From contig OZ245365.1 in the NCBI GenBank assembly GCA_965226495.1, positions 3,104,001 to 3,168,000 of the forward strand: a DNA stretch of 64,000 nucleotides, written 5' to 3'. Within the stretch, counting starts at the first letter, position 1; each line of letters begins with the position of its first letter. The DNA is from Candidatus Marinacidobacterales bacterium (GTDB taxonomy: Bacteria > Acidobacteriota > Vicinamibacteria > Marinacidobacterales > DATDRI01). Positions 10,701 to 21,500 of the stretch are shown here, one piece after another. The notes under the pieces were generated by a model. It worked only from the letters and a program-made list of their open reading frames with translations, had not been told where the DNA came from and did no database searches. Made by a program: the position numbers and the translations under genes.

Positions 10701-13700
10701 TCCAGAGCTCGAGTACGTGCGGACCACTTCGAGAGCGGGACCGCGCCCGGGGATGCGTACGTCGGTGGAAGAAGTCACAAGGTGACCGTCCAACAAGCCC
10801 ACGCCCTTCACGAAAGTCTGTCCGACAGGAAGCACATTGTCCGAGGATACTCGCACCGACAGTTTTCCCTGGACTTCCTCCGCTAATTCGGGCTCCGCGA
10901 CGGCCACAGCGGCGATTCGGAACTTGTGCGTGTCTGGCTTCGGTTCGAATACTCCGCTTTGATCGAAGCGGAACTCGAACCGCTCAAAGGGCACGGTTGC
11001 AGGGTCTTGTATTCCTCGGAACAGGACGTGCTCCACTTCGTCTATGGTGACCGTGATAAGAACGTCGGCCTCCTCGGTGAGGTGGTAGACGAGAAGCCCA
11101 GGCAGGAAGCAAGTCTGTTGGTTGATAGGGTCGACCTGGAACTCGAGATTACGTTGATGGACGACGTTGTACAGGAGCTTGCCGAAGGGATCTCGAAACG
11201 GCGTGGACCGCCTTTGGCCGGCGAGCCTCTCCACGACAAGCTCGGCCCGGTAGTCCTTGTTCAAGATGTCAGCTTCGAATCCGGTGTCGAGAACCGCCAG
11301 GCCTGCACCTTCCAAGCTGCTACCGTCGAGTCTGGCAACCTCTGTTTCGGCTTCCGTCTGTTTGTCGGTCTCGAAGAGGAGAATCTCAGCCTTTGTCCAG
11401 TCGATCTCGGTCGGTTGGATGAAGTACGCGAAGGCGGTGGGTCCGGACGTCGCGAATCGACCTTCTTGGACGGTTAGCAGGGGGGAAGGAGCTGGGATCG
11501 CACTATCAATGAACAGATTGAAGAGATTGAGGCGCTCTCTTTCCGAGCTCAGCTCGAACGAGGTGTCGGGGAGGAGCGCGATCTCGGCCTGATAGACCTT
11601 GCTGGGATCGAAGAAGATGTTGGGGCTGATCTCGACCGGCCCATCGGGAAGCTCGCTGAACACGTAGAGCGAGCCGTCCTGGAAGACACGGAGTTGCCGT
11701 CCTGGATTGAAAGAGCGGAGCATCGTGTCGACTTCGGTCGGAAGGATCTCGAAGGTGAGTTTGGGCTCGTCCTCCACGTGACCGTTGGCGTCGACGAATA
11801 TGGGATCGGGCTCTTGCGCCCGGAGCCTGACGGTGGCGCCCCAGACCGAGAATCCCGGCTCCTGAGGTGGGGAGGCACGGGTGAAGTCCACGAAACTAAC
11901 TTCTTCCGTGTCGGGGTCGACGACGGGGCGCGTGAGCTTCGCCGCTAGGACCCGGCTGCTGATCCTCCGCTCACCCGGCTCCGGCCCAAGAAAGAGCTTG
12001 GATTGGTAGGTCCCGTCCGGGCTGTCCGTGATCGCGCCCGGCTCAAAGTTCCCGGACCCATCGAGTAGCACGGGCTCGACGGTCGCTTCGGTGACCACGC
12101 GCTCCTTGAACCGACCCGTTCCGCGGAGCTCGGCCTTGCCTTGGGCGTTGGTGATGACCTCCCATTGTTCTTGGAAAGCTCGAAGTGTGTAAAAAATGTT
12201 GCTGGGAAGCTGAGAGCCGGCCTCGCCCATCCAAAGATGCTCGCCATTCGGCAGGTTCACACCGCGTTTCGCGAAGAAAACCTCAAGCCGTTCCCCAACC
12301 GGAAACGAAACGAGACCCGATCCGAAGTCTTTAGTATCCCGCACGAACTCCACTCGGGACTGGCCGAGCTTCGTGTCTTCGAGAAGCGCATTCGCGAAGT
12401 ATCGTGTAGCGTCGACATCGCCCACTTTGACGAACGTGAAAATGCCACCCGCTGCGGTCAGACCGCTCACCGCATCTGCGAATCCGTCGCCGAGCTGGAA
12501 CTGCGCGTTGGTGAACTCCGCGGGAAGCGGCCCGGCGCTGAAGCGCTCCGCGTCCCCCACGGTATAGGTGACTTCGATGTTCGATATCGGATTCCCAAAC
12601 TGATCCACCGCTTCTGCCCACAGTGGGACCGCAGAAACGGTGAGCGGTGGGCGCGGGGCGTCGCTCGTACCGGAGACCAGTCGCAGCCGCGCGTGACGGC
12701 CGTCGGCATCTTCTTCGGCATCGGGGAAAGCGAAAGCAACGAGGGGCTCTTCGAGCGCTACATCCCCGCTTTCGGCCGTCACCGAGTACAAACCGACCTG
12801 GGTCATAAAGGTGTCCGACGGCTTGCCCAGGACGAACCGTGGTCTCAGGCGCGTACTCGGGCCGAGGACGAACCGTGCTCGTGCGAAGCCTCCCTGCGTG
12901 GGAACGGTAATGAGTTGGCCCTGTTCGGTCGCATCGAGAGACGCCAGGACACTCCCCGGCTCGAGTGCCCGAAACGTGATGGACGCACCGTCCGCAACCG
13001 GGTTGCCATCGATGTCGGTGACAAAGACCTCGAGCGGGAACTCGAGCTCTTGTGCCACAATCCCTTCCTGAAAGTCCCCTTCGGAGACCTTGACGATGGC
13101 GGCGACCTTCTCGCTCGGGTCTTCCTGAGACTCTTCCGGATCGGTGAGCGCGTCGGCGGTGTCGGGCGGGAAGTCTTCCGGAGGCACCGCGGAGGAACCT
13201 CCTGCGATGACGCCCGAGAGAAGATAAGCACTTTCGCCGCTCACCGGATCCCGGGCCACGAAACCGCCTCCCGTCCACGCCAGCAGCGTGACATCGGTGG
13301 CGGGCGCGGTGACCAGCCGGCCGAGATGAACTTGGGTGCGAATGGCGTCTTCGAGAGCCGGTTCGAGCGTGATCTCGGCCAGCGCGTCGTCGACGTTGCT
13401 GGCGTCGATGTCTTTGACCTCGATGCCGGTGGCGTTCGCCAGACGAATGAGCTTCAAGGTTGAGATGGAAGTGACACCGAGATCGTCTTCGAGAACGCGA
13501 CTTTCGAGATCGGAGCCGACGAGCCCGGACAAGAGGAAGAAGTCGCGCGTCGCGTCATCGTCCTCCTCGGCCGCCACGGGAGCGCTCGGTCGCAGATCGG
13601 CGTCGACATCCACGCCCTTCCACTCGAAGGTGAGCGCAATCAGACTCTCATCGGTCGCGTAGTCGACCTCGATGTGGTTTTTCACCATGACATGGCTAGG

Positions 13701-15524
13701 AAGAGGACGCAGGTTGATGACTCGGGTGAGCCCGGCGAGATGGTCATCGGCTTCATTCCAGCGCTTCAGGTAGTTGAGCGCCCGTTGGCTCAGAATCTCG
13801 CCGGCGCGGGCTTCTGCGGCTTCTTGGAAGGTCGGGGCGCGGCCGGATAATGCGATGGCCGCGTAAGCGCCGGCGATCATCTCGTTTTCGAAATCGAGGC
13901 TCCCTGCTGGGGCCTGGAACTCCACGGTCAAGTCGAACGGCAGGCCCATGCCGATGGGATTGCCGGAAGCGACGACCAAGCCGGCCGAGCGGATGACGGG
14001 CCGTACTTCGATGAGATAAGGCGGCGTGAGGTAGATACTTCCGAAGGCGTTCGAGGTTTCACGATCCTCTGGGGTCGCCGCCACATACGAGAGTGTCAGG
14101 CGCCGACCAAGAAGCCGCGAGGCGGGGAAGCTGGCATCCAGGATGACGTCGCCTTGTCGGTTTCTCGCCAGAAACTGAATGCGATGCTCGAGATCAAACG
14201 GGGCTTCAAACGAGACACCGTTCACGGAGACGATGTCGTACGGGAGGCTGGCCGGGAGCAGGCCGTAAACCTCGGGTTGCGGGTCGACGCGTCTCAGAGC
14301 GTCCTCGAAGCCCGTGCCGGGAAGATTGGCATCGAGGTAGTCGCTCACTTGAGAGCCAAGAGCCTCGAGCGGATCCTCCAACGGATCGGCGACGAACGAC
14401 TCGTCGACAAACGCGCCGGCGTCGAAGCCCATCCCCTCGAGCACCCGGATCCCTTCGTCGATATCATGGAACTTGAAGCTGGCATCGAGCGGGATCCAAC
14501 GTTTTCCTTGATCGTCGAGTCCGGCTCCACGGTAGTTGGAGTAGGGCACGTAGGCTTCGGCCCAGATGTGCTCCATCTCGATGCCCGAGAGTACGCCGCC
14601 AGCCAGGACCGGCTCATAGGGAACCGCGGCGGCGGCGAGGGCTTGTTCCACCCTCTCCCGCTGTTCGACACCAAAGAGGTTCATGGCGGTGTCGATGGGA
14701 AGCTGGATGACGCCACGAACGAAACGAGCGGGGACACCTTCGGCCCGCAGGAGATCCACCAGGAACGCATTGATGTCGGCATCGTTGCCGCGGCCTTCGA
14801 GAAACGTCTGCTCGGAGCCTTTCATCGCGCCAAAGTAGAGCTCGTAACGCGTGTTGTTCTTGACGAACTCGTAGGCGGCGATGGGTCCGTCTAAAGATTC
14901 GGCAAGCTCTTGGATGCTATCGGGCACGCTCCCGATAAGCGAAGCCTCGGGTTTGTCGTCGGCGGCGATGGCGGCCGTCTCCGTCACGCCCGACTTGATC
15001 AGGGGCGGCGCTCTGAACTTGGGGGCACGGAGCGAAAGCTCTTGGGCGCTTAGGATGTCTTCGCGGGTAGCTCGCGCCAAGGGCTCGAGCATAGTCAAGC
15101 AGGCCTCGAGCTCGGCCTGGGTGGGTTGGCTTTGAAGCCGGTCGAGCCCTTCGAGAAGGGCTCCATGGCTGGCCTCGAAGGCGGCGCGGGCTCGCGCCAT
15201 CCTCTCGGAGGCGACACCGGTCAGACCGAGCCGAACGAGCCGTCGCTCAGTGTCGTCGAGGCGGGAGAGGAGGCGTCGGTAATGCCCATCGTACTGTGTG
15301 CGGAGACGTCCGAGCTCGGACCTGACGCGAGGCGACACGCCTTCGGCATCGAGCTGTTGGGAAATAGCCTCGAGACTCTCTTTCAAGCGATGAAGGTCCG
15401 GTCTTGTTTGGGCCCAGGCTTGGGTCCAGGCGGTGGAGCCTACGAGAAGCGTCGCCAGCATCACCGAGAGTACCGGCCCGCGCCTGACGTGCTTGCCCGG
15501 CTTGACCTGTTTCACAGGCATCAC
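4734..15524 (-). CDS. Giant secreted Rhs/YD-repeat polymorphic toxin: signal peptide, transglutaminase-like domain, Ig-like region, Rhs core, C-terminal PD-(D/E)xK-like nuclease
   Basis: Signal VLSVMLATLLVGSTAWTQAWA; GNDADINAFLVDLLRAEGVPARFV..HIWAEAY..WIPLD; DUF6531-like GPALEVVRTYSS..LGAGW; dozens of YD repeats; core FTGLEKDDETGLIYARARFYDPDIGRFLTQD; SPFRFVDPSG; tip GTTVH..QPDAV..IIDDKP. Confidence 0.92.
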   Translation of the reverse strand: MMPVKQVKPGKHVRRGPVLSVMLATLLVGSTAWTQAWAQTRPDLHRLKESLEAISQQLDAEGVSPRVRSELGRLRTQYDGHYRRLLSRLDDTERRLVRLGLTGVASERMARARAAFEASHGALLEGLDRLQSQPTQAELEACLTMLEPLARATREDILSAQELSLRAPKFRAPPLIKSGVTETAAIAADDKPEASLIGSVPDSIQELAESLDGPIAAYEFVKNNTRYELYFGAMKGSEQTFLEGRGNDADINAFLVDLLRAEGVPARFVRGVIQLPIDTAMNLFGVEQRERVEQALAAAAVPYEPVLAGGVLSGIEMEHIWAEAYVPYSNYRGAGLDDQGKRWIPLDASFKFHDIDEGIRVLEGMGFDAGAFVDESFVADPLEDPLEALGSQVSDYLDANLPGTGFEDALRRVDPQPEVYGLLPASLPYDIVSVNGVSFEAPFDLEHRIQFLARNRQGDVILDASFPASRLLGRRLTLSYVAATPEDRETSNAFGSIYLTPPYLIEVRPVIRSAGLVVASGNPIGMGLPFDLTVEFQAPAGSLDFENEMIAGAYAAIALSGRAPTFQEAAEARAGEILSQRALNYLKRWNEADDHLAGLTRVINLRPLPSHVMVKNHIEVDYATDESLIALTFEWKGVDVDADLRPSAPVAAEEDDDATRDFFLLSGLVGSDLESRVLEDDLGVTSISTLKLIRLANATGIEVKDIDASNVDDALAEITLEPALEDAIRTQVHLGRLVTAPATDVTLLAWTGGGFVARDPVSGESAYLLSGVIAGGSSAVPPEDFPPDTADALTDPEESQEDPSEKVAAIVKVSEGDFQEGIVAQELEFPLEVFVTDIDGNPVADGASITFRALEPGSVLASLDATEQGQLITVPTQGGFARARFVLGPSTRLRPRFVLGKPSDTFMTQVGLYSVTAESGDVALEEPLVAFAFPDAEEDADGRHARLRLVSGTSDAPRPPLTVSAVPLWAEAVDQFGNPISNIEVTYTVGDAERFSAGPLPAEFTNAQFQLGDGFADAVSGLTAAGGIFTFVKVGDVDATRYFANALLEDTKLGQSRVEFVRDTKDFGSGLVSFPVGERLEVFFAKRGVNLPNGEHLWMGEAGSQLPSNIFYTLRAFQEQWEVITNAQGKAELRGTGRFKERVVTEATVEPVLLDGSGNFEPGAITDSPDGTYQSKLFLGPEPGERRISSRVLAAKLTRPVVDPDTEEVSFVDFTRASPPQEPGFSVWGATVRLRAQEPDPIFVDANGHVEDEPKLTFEILPTEVDTMLRSFNPGRQLRVFQDGSLYVFSELPDGPVEISPNIFFDPSKVYQAEIALLPDTSFELSSERERLNLFNLFIDSAIPAPSPLLTVQEGRFATSGPTAFAYFIQPTEIDWTKAEILLFETDKQTEAETEVARLDGSSLEGAGLAVLDTGFEADILNKDYRAELVVERLAGQRRSTPFRDPFGKLLYNVVHQRNLEFQVDPINQQTCFLPGLLVYHLTEEADVLITVTIDEVEHVLFRGIQDPATVPFERFEFRFDQSGVFEPKPDTHKFRIAAVAVAEPELAEEVQGKLSVRVSSDNVLPVGQTFVKGVGLLDGHLVTSSTDVRIPGRGPALEVVRTYSSSGVSDEGVLGAGWNLNYFSTLVITDCFWTIRGGDGSGQRFTQVGDEFIPQKGYHTELRRNPDGSFDFFTKGRVRFHYVDIELFEGDPLFDGKPTLDFIEDPNGNRIQLSYDSERILEEAREVFADGSEGRVLTFDYENVRGVPRVRRITGPLGLEVTYEYDSFANLIKVTRDERVEEYEYSIGNVRDRHNLTAATDPNGNRTLYIHFEDDDVFPGESGEGLFVQDKFEWVKEVREPEGVTTSFVYDRTRVVTDQEFISRGTDARGNVTTYTLNGNGSPLEINEPGDIITKMEWAVDDITKLKETDANGRVTRFEYDTNANLIKEIIETAELGEVITEFNYDPIFNKMTRKVDAEGRETLFEIDPANGNLLTVTDAELNVTTFEYVPDTGDLELQQGPRDGMVTEFVYDPFGNPETVTDPLSNVTTNVYDERSRLRSSSDTFGRSMTQDFDELDRVETMRRTDGKGSSAEEVIKRTYHPGGQVRTETNGLNLTTEFFLDDLNRVERTEDALGFVTEMFYDGNGNLTGMTDRRGVRTINTYDDLNRLETVEVEGPFSPPQVVSEFAYDDVGNKRFETDVHGHETEFIYDELYRLRTRRLSTEHEETFTYDRVGNKLTESDANERVGVFEYDDLNRLKLLTDPEGNQVQFDYDESGNQTLEEDLTRGLKTEMEYDFLNRPTLRTVGSAIDDFSNVSVFEYEDPAHRVTATDPRGFQTTTGMDGFDRVHQVTRETGTEDLITTNFYDGTGNLRQTRDAEGRVTDFVYDGLNRLKRIEHPLSLVTEFDYDGEGNKTFEKDRRDVVMNFSYDNLGRLTGSEVVPSLTGVPSTTVITYDDVNVKRLERDARGFVTTFEMDGQERVTRIEDPDGNEQVFVYDGVNKREETDKRKFVTKFEYDGLNRLTKVTDALDRELNTVYEDADRQVIETDKRGIVNTTQLDALGRLVSVTRAGITLEQHEYDGNNNRTLSTDANGNQTQFGYDGANRLIDRTDGLGSLVETATSFTYDRVGNLFTEKDGRVTGSPFDIKNTYDELNRLRFVEDGENNITEFEYDGEGNRKAQIEPEGQRTEFDYGELNELMEVRMADTGVFRYDYDENRNRIRQVDAEDNGVEFRYDNLNRLERMIQDPSGFNLITDHDYDPNGNETKLTDPKGQVIDFEYDELNRMEAKIYSLTPEDFELFTRTHRIDFGYDPNDNLIRVDELRSSGTDPPTVFIHNKTYDDLDRLETETDTFGKTLTYDYDDQGNRTLLRDPDNKETVYTYDVLNRLETLTTEGGQTVYTYFPDGLKETVTNPNATVSTFDYDAADRLTSIDHEGPGGTVSAYTYEYTPNGNRLSQIETNAGRNETTTYTYDPVNRLETVNYPVDTTFRNGRLVTYTYDPVGNRKTETDTDPVTTATLKDLTYDYGAINRLETITDNLDTTQNVLYEYDANGNTLSKTKAGVETRFLYSIRDQLGEVQQGASILGRYGYDFDGRRILKIGADGRRHYTYDQLSVITEADEDGITVSKYDYGLDQLVSLDNRNEGRSFFHLDILGSTVSLTDGSGSARESIFYDAWGNERERIGSSTNKFTFTGLEKDDETGLIYARARFYDPDIGRFLTQDNLLGDVNRPPTLHRYSYVMQSPFRFVDPSGRLPICLSCERSSQEESAQLELLRQQAIAFGGAVVGFGKVLASPFVLTFKASFNLTGALAFKASGGLPIFRPEALAVEQALNTAAFALENPGEFAKEVALAPIRNIDEALERGDVFGAATGAGELGGQLFFAYKAIQNLPKINFNATPAPATVVNAGGAAALRLGGVPSVSVTITGPGSSLPAGILLSSAASNAGDTESQPHVRAEGRNGNTQPKAATQSQGAKNSGNTESARRGTTVHAQLAAERRASKEFDVVNQRLRDTEGNPIRVPKRVDLKSGEPKASKGTQTVQPDAVSFGRRLIIDDKPLGRNITKDRQEIIRFIKAFEAREGALPDTIAITRYDPKTRLPVRTDLFKPSDFLPKK

Positions 15525-18500
15525 TCACACACCTGCTGCAGTCGGAAACCCTCGACATGAACTTTCGGATTTCCAATGGAAACGATCCCGAAGCTCCTCA
15601 CTCCGGCATCCAAAACGACGCGCACCGGCACCGTCCACTCGAAAGGACCTTGCCCGTTGACTGGATCGGCAAAGTCGAACTCTTGTCCGTTCTCGAAAAC
15701 CACTCTCAGGTTGGGCTGATTGGAACCGTTCGTGCCGCGCTGGAGTAGGAGCTGGAATTCATACATGCCCGCTTCGAGGAAAGGTGTTTGAACCACCAAG
15801 ACGCCGTCATTTTTCTTCACCCAATAGGAGTGCTTGGCGCCGCACGCACCGGGCCCCGAATGACCCACGTGCCCGTGCCGGGCCACGATCCACTTACTGA
15901 GCCCGGTCTTCTTGTGGAAGCCATCGTCCAGACAGAACTGTGAGACATCGGGGCAGGTCTCTTCGACGTCGCAGACGCCGTCTCCGTTCTCATCCCCGGA
16001 GATGCCGCTGTCGTGTCCGGAGAGCTCACCGACATGGAAGTTGTCCCACGCGGCGCGCGAGTGGTCGACAAACGCACCGATGGTCCCCCCGACAAAAGGA
16101 TGGTGACTATCCACCGCGTCGAGCCACCACTCGTTGAGCACCGTGCGCTCGGCGTCCACGAGCCTCAGGTGAGCGCGGATCGACGTCTCGCCCGATTGAT
16201 GCACGGTTTCGATCTCGAACTCGAAGAACTGTCCGTCCATGTCAGGCATGTCAGGCATGTCGGGGCGTTCGACCGAGGTCGAGGTCAAGGTGCTAGCCTT
16301 GCCTTTCTTGAACTTGACCAGCCTTGCCCGAGGATTATTGCAACCGGTGATCTCGAACCGATATTCGGTCTGGGCTTCCGGATCGGCGTAGAACGCGACG
16401 CCCGCGCCGAAGCAGGACTTTTTCTTCTTGTCCGTCCCGCCAAGGTTGCCCAGGTGGGCGAGCGTCAGGTCACCGCCGAACGCGTAATTCTGCCACGTGA
16501 GAGCCTCGCCCGAACCGACAAACAGGAGCGCTCCTTCACCGGGACGCCGGCTCTGCAGCACCTGGGACTCTGCGCCGCGGTCGACGGCGAAAAGAACGCC
16601 TTCGCGTCGGTGCCCATTGTCACTAGAATCGTCGTCGCTGGAATCGGCGTCACTCGAGTCGTCATCGGAACTGCTGTCATCGGAACTGCTGTCGTCGGAA
16701 CTGCTGTCGTCGTCCTTGTCCTTGTCGATGCGAAGCCACCAATCCGCTGGAGTGCTCCCGAGCAAGAAGCCCTCGAAGTCCTCGCGCCACTCCGGCGGAC
16801 ACACGCCTCCGATGAGGACCACGGTGAACTGGAAGGTATCGCTCCAAGGTCCTGGTAGACCGAGCTCGTCGATCGCTCGGGCCCGCCAGTAGTACGTGAC
16901 GTCCGGCGTGAGCTCGACGGGGACATCCCAACCCGTGGTGTCGTCGCCTTCTGTGACGTTCTCGACGTTCTCATCTTGGGCGATCAGGTCTTGGAATGCC
17001 GGGTCGGTGGCGATTTGGAAATGATAGTGAAGCGCCAAAAGATCGGGGCTGGTTGCGTTCTCCACCTCGAGCCGCACGGCGGTGCTCGCCACTTCGCTCT
17101 CATTGGCTGGCGCGATCGGTCTGGGGGCGGTTGGCTCATCACGGACTGCGTTGATGCGGAAACGGAAGAGGTCGCTCGGGTCGCTCTGGAGGAGTCCGTC
17201 GGTAGCGATGGCGTGCCAGTAGAAGACCCCGTTCTCGTTGAGGTCCTCGGTAACTTGCCACGTGGTTCGCGGATCGCCCTCGTCGATTTCCGGACTCTCG
17301 ATGACCAAGCTATTCCGATCGACATCCGAGAAGATCTGGAAGATGTAGCGGAGCACGTCGCCATCGGGATCGCCCGCGTTCTCCACTTCGAGCACCGGCG
17401 CGGCGATGTTCACTTCGGCGCCGTCGGCCGGGCTGACGGAAGTGGGACTCGCAGGGTTTTCATTGATGGCCGAAACGCGGAAGCTCGCCGTCGGCGTGAA
17501 CGGCCCGTCGAAGACACCGTCATTGGCTCGAGCGCGCCAGTAGTAAACGACGTTCTCATCCAGCGGCACGGGAATCTGCCATGAGGTCTTGTCGGGCTCT
17601 TCCACAATCTCCGGCGAGGCGACCACCAGGTCGGCCAGAAGCTCGTCGCGGTAAAGCTCAAAGCGGTAGGTCAACGGGTCCCCGTTGGGATCGGTGGCAT
17701 TGACGACCGTCAGAATGGGCTGGGGATCCGCGACTCGGCCACCGTCGGGTGGCGAATCAATAGACGGGGCCGTCGGCGTCTCGTTCATCGTGTTGACGCG
17801 GAAGGGCTCGGCCAGCGACCAGTCGCTCGCCGTCTCGTCGTCGTTGGCGCGGCAGCGCCAGAAGTACGAACGGCCGTTTTCGAGCTGAGGTGAAACCGCC
17901 CACCGCGTCTGGTCTTCGCCCTCGCGGATCCGATCGACGACCGCCACTCGTTCGGTCAATGCCTCGTCGGAATAAACCTCGAAATCATAGGTGAGTGTGT
18001 CGTCTTCTGGATCGGTGCTGTTCATGGCGGCCAGCGGTGGCGTGACGGTCTCTACGATGACGCCATCGGTAGGACTCTGAGGCGTGGGGCTCGAGGGACC
18101 TTGGTTGGCCTCATCGACCCGGAAGCTCACGATGTCGGACCAATCACCCACCGCCAGCCCGTCGGTGGCCCGAGCTCGCCAGAAGTAAACCACGTTCTCT
18201 GCCAGCGCTTCGGGCACCGGCCACCGAACTTTGTCTAGGTCGGGGTCCACGTCGGGCCCGCTAGGCCCGCTAGGCCCGCTAGGGAAGACGCCTTCGGCTC
18301 TCCGAACCGCCGGCGAGTCGAAGCGATCGGTGGTGTCGATCTCGAACGTATAGGTGAGCGGGTCCCCTTCGGGATCGTTAGATGGGCCGATAACCAGATC
18401 CGGCGACACCGTGGGTGACGTGCCGATCGGCGAGAGCGGCGTCGGTGCGGTCGGGGCCTGGTTGCCGGTATTGATCCGGAAAGAGGCTCTGGTCATCCAT

Positions 18501-21500
18501 TCGCCGTCGAGCTCACCGTCATTCGCCCGGGAGCGCCAGAAGTAGGTCTGATCCTCGTCGAGCGGCTGAGGAACTTGAACAAAGGTTGTACCCGTGCCGG
18601 ACCCGCCAGAAGTTACAGAGTCGATCGAAGTGACGAGCTCGGTCAGATCGACGTCGGTATAGATCTCGAACGTATAGGTCAGGATATCGTCTTCGGGGTC
18701 GACCGCGTTCGTTATCTCGAGGTTCGGTTGAAGCTCACTGACTTCGGATCCTTCGGCCGGAGCGGATAGACCCGGGGCGCCCGGTGCCTCGTTCAGCGAG
18801 TCGATGAAGAAGCTGGCCGGACTCATGAAGTCGCTCATGGTGAAACGATCCTCGGCTCGGGCCCTCCAGTGATACGTCTGGTTCTCCGCCAGCGTGATCG
18901 GAACCGGCCACATCGTGGTGTTGGTTCCTTCGGGAATGCCGGAGGCGGCGGCGACGCGAACCTGGAGCGCCGGATCGAGGTAGATCTCGAAGGTATAGGT
19001 CAGCGCTTCTCCGTTGGGGTTCGAGGCGTTGTTGACCGAAAGCTCGAGCGGCTGGGGCGCACTCTCCCCTTCTCCCGGGGCATTGAGCGAAGGCGGCGAG
19101 GGAATGGCGAAGAGAGTCAATGAGTCGCTAGCGAGCGGCTCGAGAGAGCCGGGGAGACCTGCGGACAGTAGCACTTCGTGGGCGCCCAGCGGCAGCCCGA
19201 CGGTGGAAAGCGCGATCTCACCAGAAAGCTCATCCCCCGCCGCGATGTCCGCCGTCAGCTCGTCAGCCAGGGTCCGATCACCGGTGGCCGGATCGAGGAG
19301 CTCGAAGCGAATGACTCCGCCCAAGAGATCGACAGGACTCGAATTGTCGACCGCCCACCGGGCCAGAGATTCTGCACCCAGGGGCACCGCGGACTCGTCG
19401 AGCTCCAGGCTTCCGGTCAGGAGCGCGCCGTCGACAGCGACGATCTCCACCGTGGAGGTCGCCGCGCCGAGAAGCTCAGCCCCTTCGAAGACATCGAGCC
19501 CGATGGTGTAGACCCCCGGAGCCAACGTGGAGTCGGTCCACATGGTCGAGAGCGAGACCGGGACCTCCCGTGCCAGTTGCGGTAGTGTCTGCGATTCTTC
19601 GAACAGCACGGCGGAAGCGCCATCGAGCACCCGGAAACGGGCGGTCACGTTCTCGAACGCCACGTTGCTCACGGTGTTGGTCACCGTCCCCAGGAGATCG
19701 ACCGCCTCGCCCTCTCGATATGAGGGTCGACCTGTGGTCACACCGGTCTCGAGGAAGAAAGAACGGATGAGGGAGAAGTCCGTGGCGACAGTGGCGAGCA
19801 GCCGATCACCCTCCAAAGCGTTAACCCGGGCTCGATAGTCGCCGGCAAGTGTGGTTCCGGTATTCCAAAAGACGGAGTAGGACTCGGTGTCCGCGTACGA
19901 CAAGAACGTCGAACGCACATCGACGCCTGCCACCGGCTGACCGCCGGCGTCTTCGATGAGGGTCTCGAGCATCACATTCTGATCGGGACCGCCGTTGATG
20001 GCCTGGACCGTGACCTGGACGTCTTGACCCACGCCGTATGATGGGAGTCCGGTGGCGATCGTGAGCTCAACGCCGGCCGTTCCCACGACCGTGACCTCCG
20101 TGGCGACGGCGTTGTTCTGCTCATCGAGCTCTTCGATGGCTTGAAGCGGGTCGACCGCGATGGTGACCTCTTGAGAACCGAGTCGATCCGTCGTGTCCCA
20201 ACCGATATGGACCGCGACCGACTCGCCGGGCTCGATGGCAGGTGTAGTCGCATTGCCGATGAGGTAGACGTTTTCCGCTAGGTCGCGGCCGGTGGCCTGG
20301 ACGAGCGCCGATTCGACCTCGGTCGCGCCGTCATTCCTCACGTTCACCGAAAGGCTGGCGCTCTGACCGGTCGTTGGCACACCAGGCACAACCAGAATGT
20401 CGCCTTCAGGTGTCAGATCGGGCAGGCGGCTCCGATCGAACGTGACCAGGGCCGGCGCTGATTCGTCACTGAGATTCCCGAACGCATCACGAGCCGTGCC
20501 CGTGAACGCGTTCTCGCCGACGTTCAGCGAGACACCTAGCAGCTCGAACCGTCCCGGCGGTGTGTGGATGAACAAGACGTCGGGCGTTGCCGACCAACTC
20601 ACGACGAGCCGCAGATCGTTCGTCCAACGGCTTGTGGATAGGAAACCCCGGGACTCAACGAGACCGACGTCGTGAATGGCTCCATCGACGTCTCGCAGGA
20701 AGAGGGAGTAGTCGTCCCCTTCCGACGTCAGAAACGAAACCCGACCCTCAGGGGAGAGTGCCAACGCCGGGCGAGGCGTGCGTCCCAGATCAAAGAACGG
20801 CGCCCCCGTCTCCGATGTCGTATTGAATAGAAAGAGAGACTCATCATCGAAATAGACAACGTTGTTATCTGAAGTCCACGCATAGTCGATGACGAAATCC
20901 AAAGCTGTCGAGATCGTCACGGCATCACCGCCGGTAACAGGGACGTATCGTAACGTCCTAACCGACTCGGCAAACGCGAGCAGGGACGCGTCCGGAGAGA
21001 GCCGAAACACCGAAGGCAAAACAAACTGGGCCGGAGAGGTATAGAGGGTCGAGAGTGTGCCGGTCGTTCTGTCGACGACGCGAATTTCATTCCCGACCCG
21101 GACGGCGATCTCAGTACCCGAGATCCATATGGGACCAAAAGCATCACCGCCAGCGTCGACGACCTCGACCGCGCCCGTGGCGAGATCGATGACGCGTAGC
21201 TCGGTCTGAGAGCTCTCGGTGTTGAATTGTGTGAGGGCCAGCGACTCTCCATCGGGCGAGAAAGCCGGGGCAGACAAGCCGTTACCACCGGGCAGAGTCT
21301 GAACTTCACCCGAGCCTAGGTGGTGAAGCTCCAGCTTGTCGAACAGATCGATGGCCAGGAAAGGCTCGGTGGGAGAGAGCGTGAAGCCGTTGATGGCATC
21401 CATAGCGATAGTGCGTTGCTCGGTCGTTTCGAGCTCAGCGACAACGGAGCCCACGTCTTCTCCATCGTGCTTCACGGTCACCAGAGAGCCCGGCTCCGCC

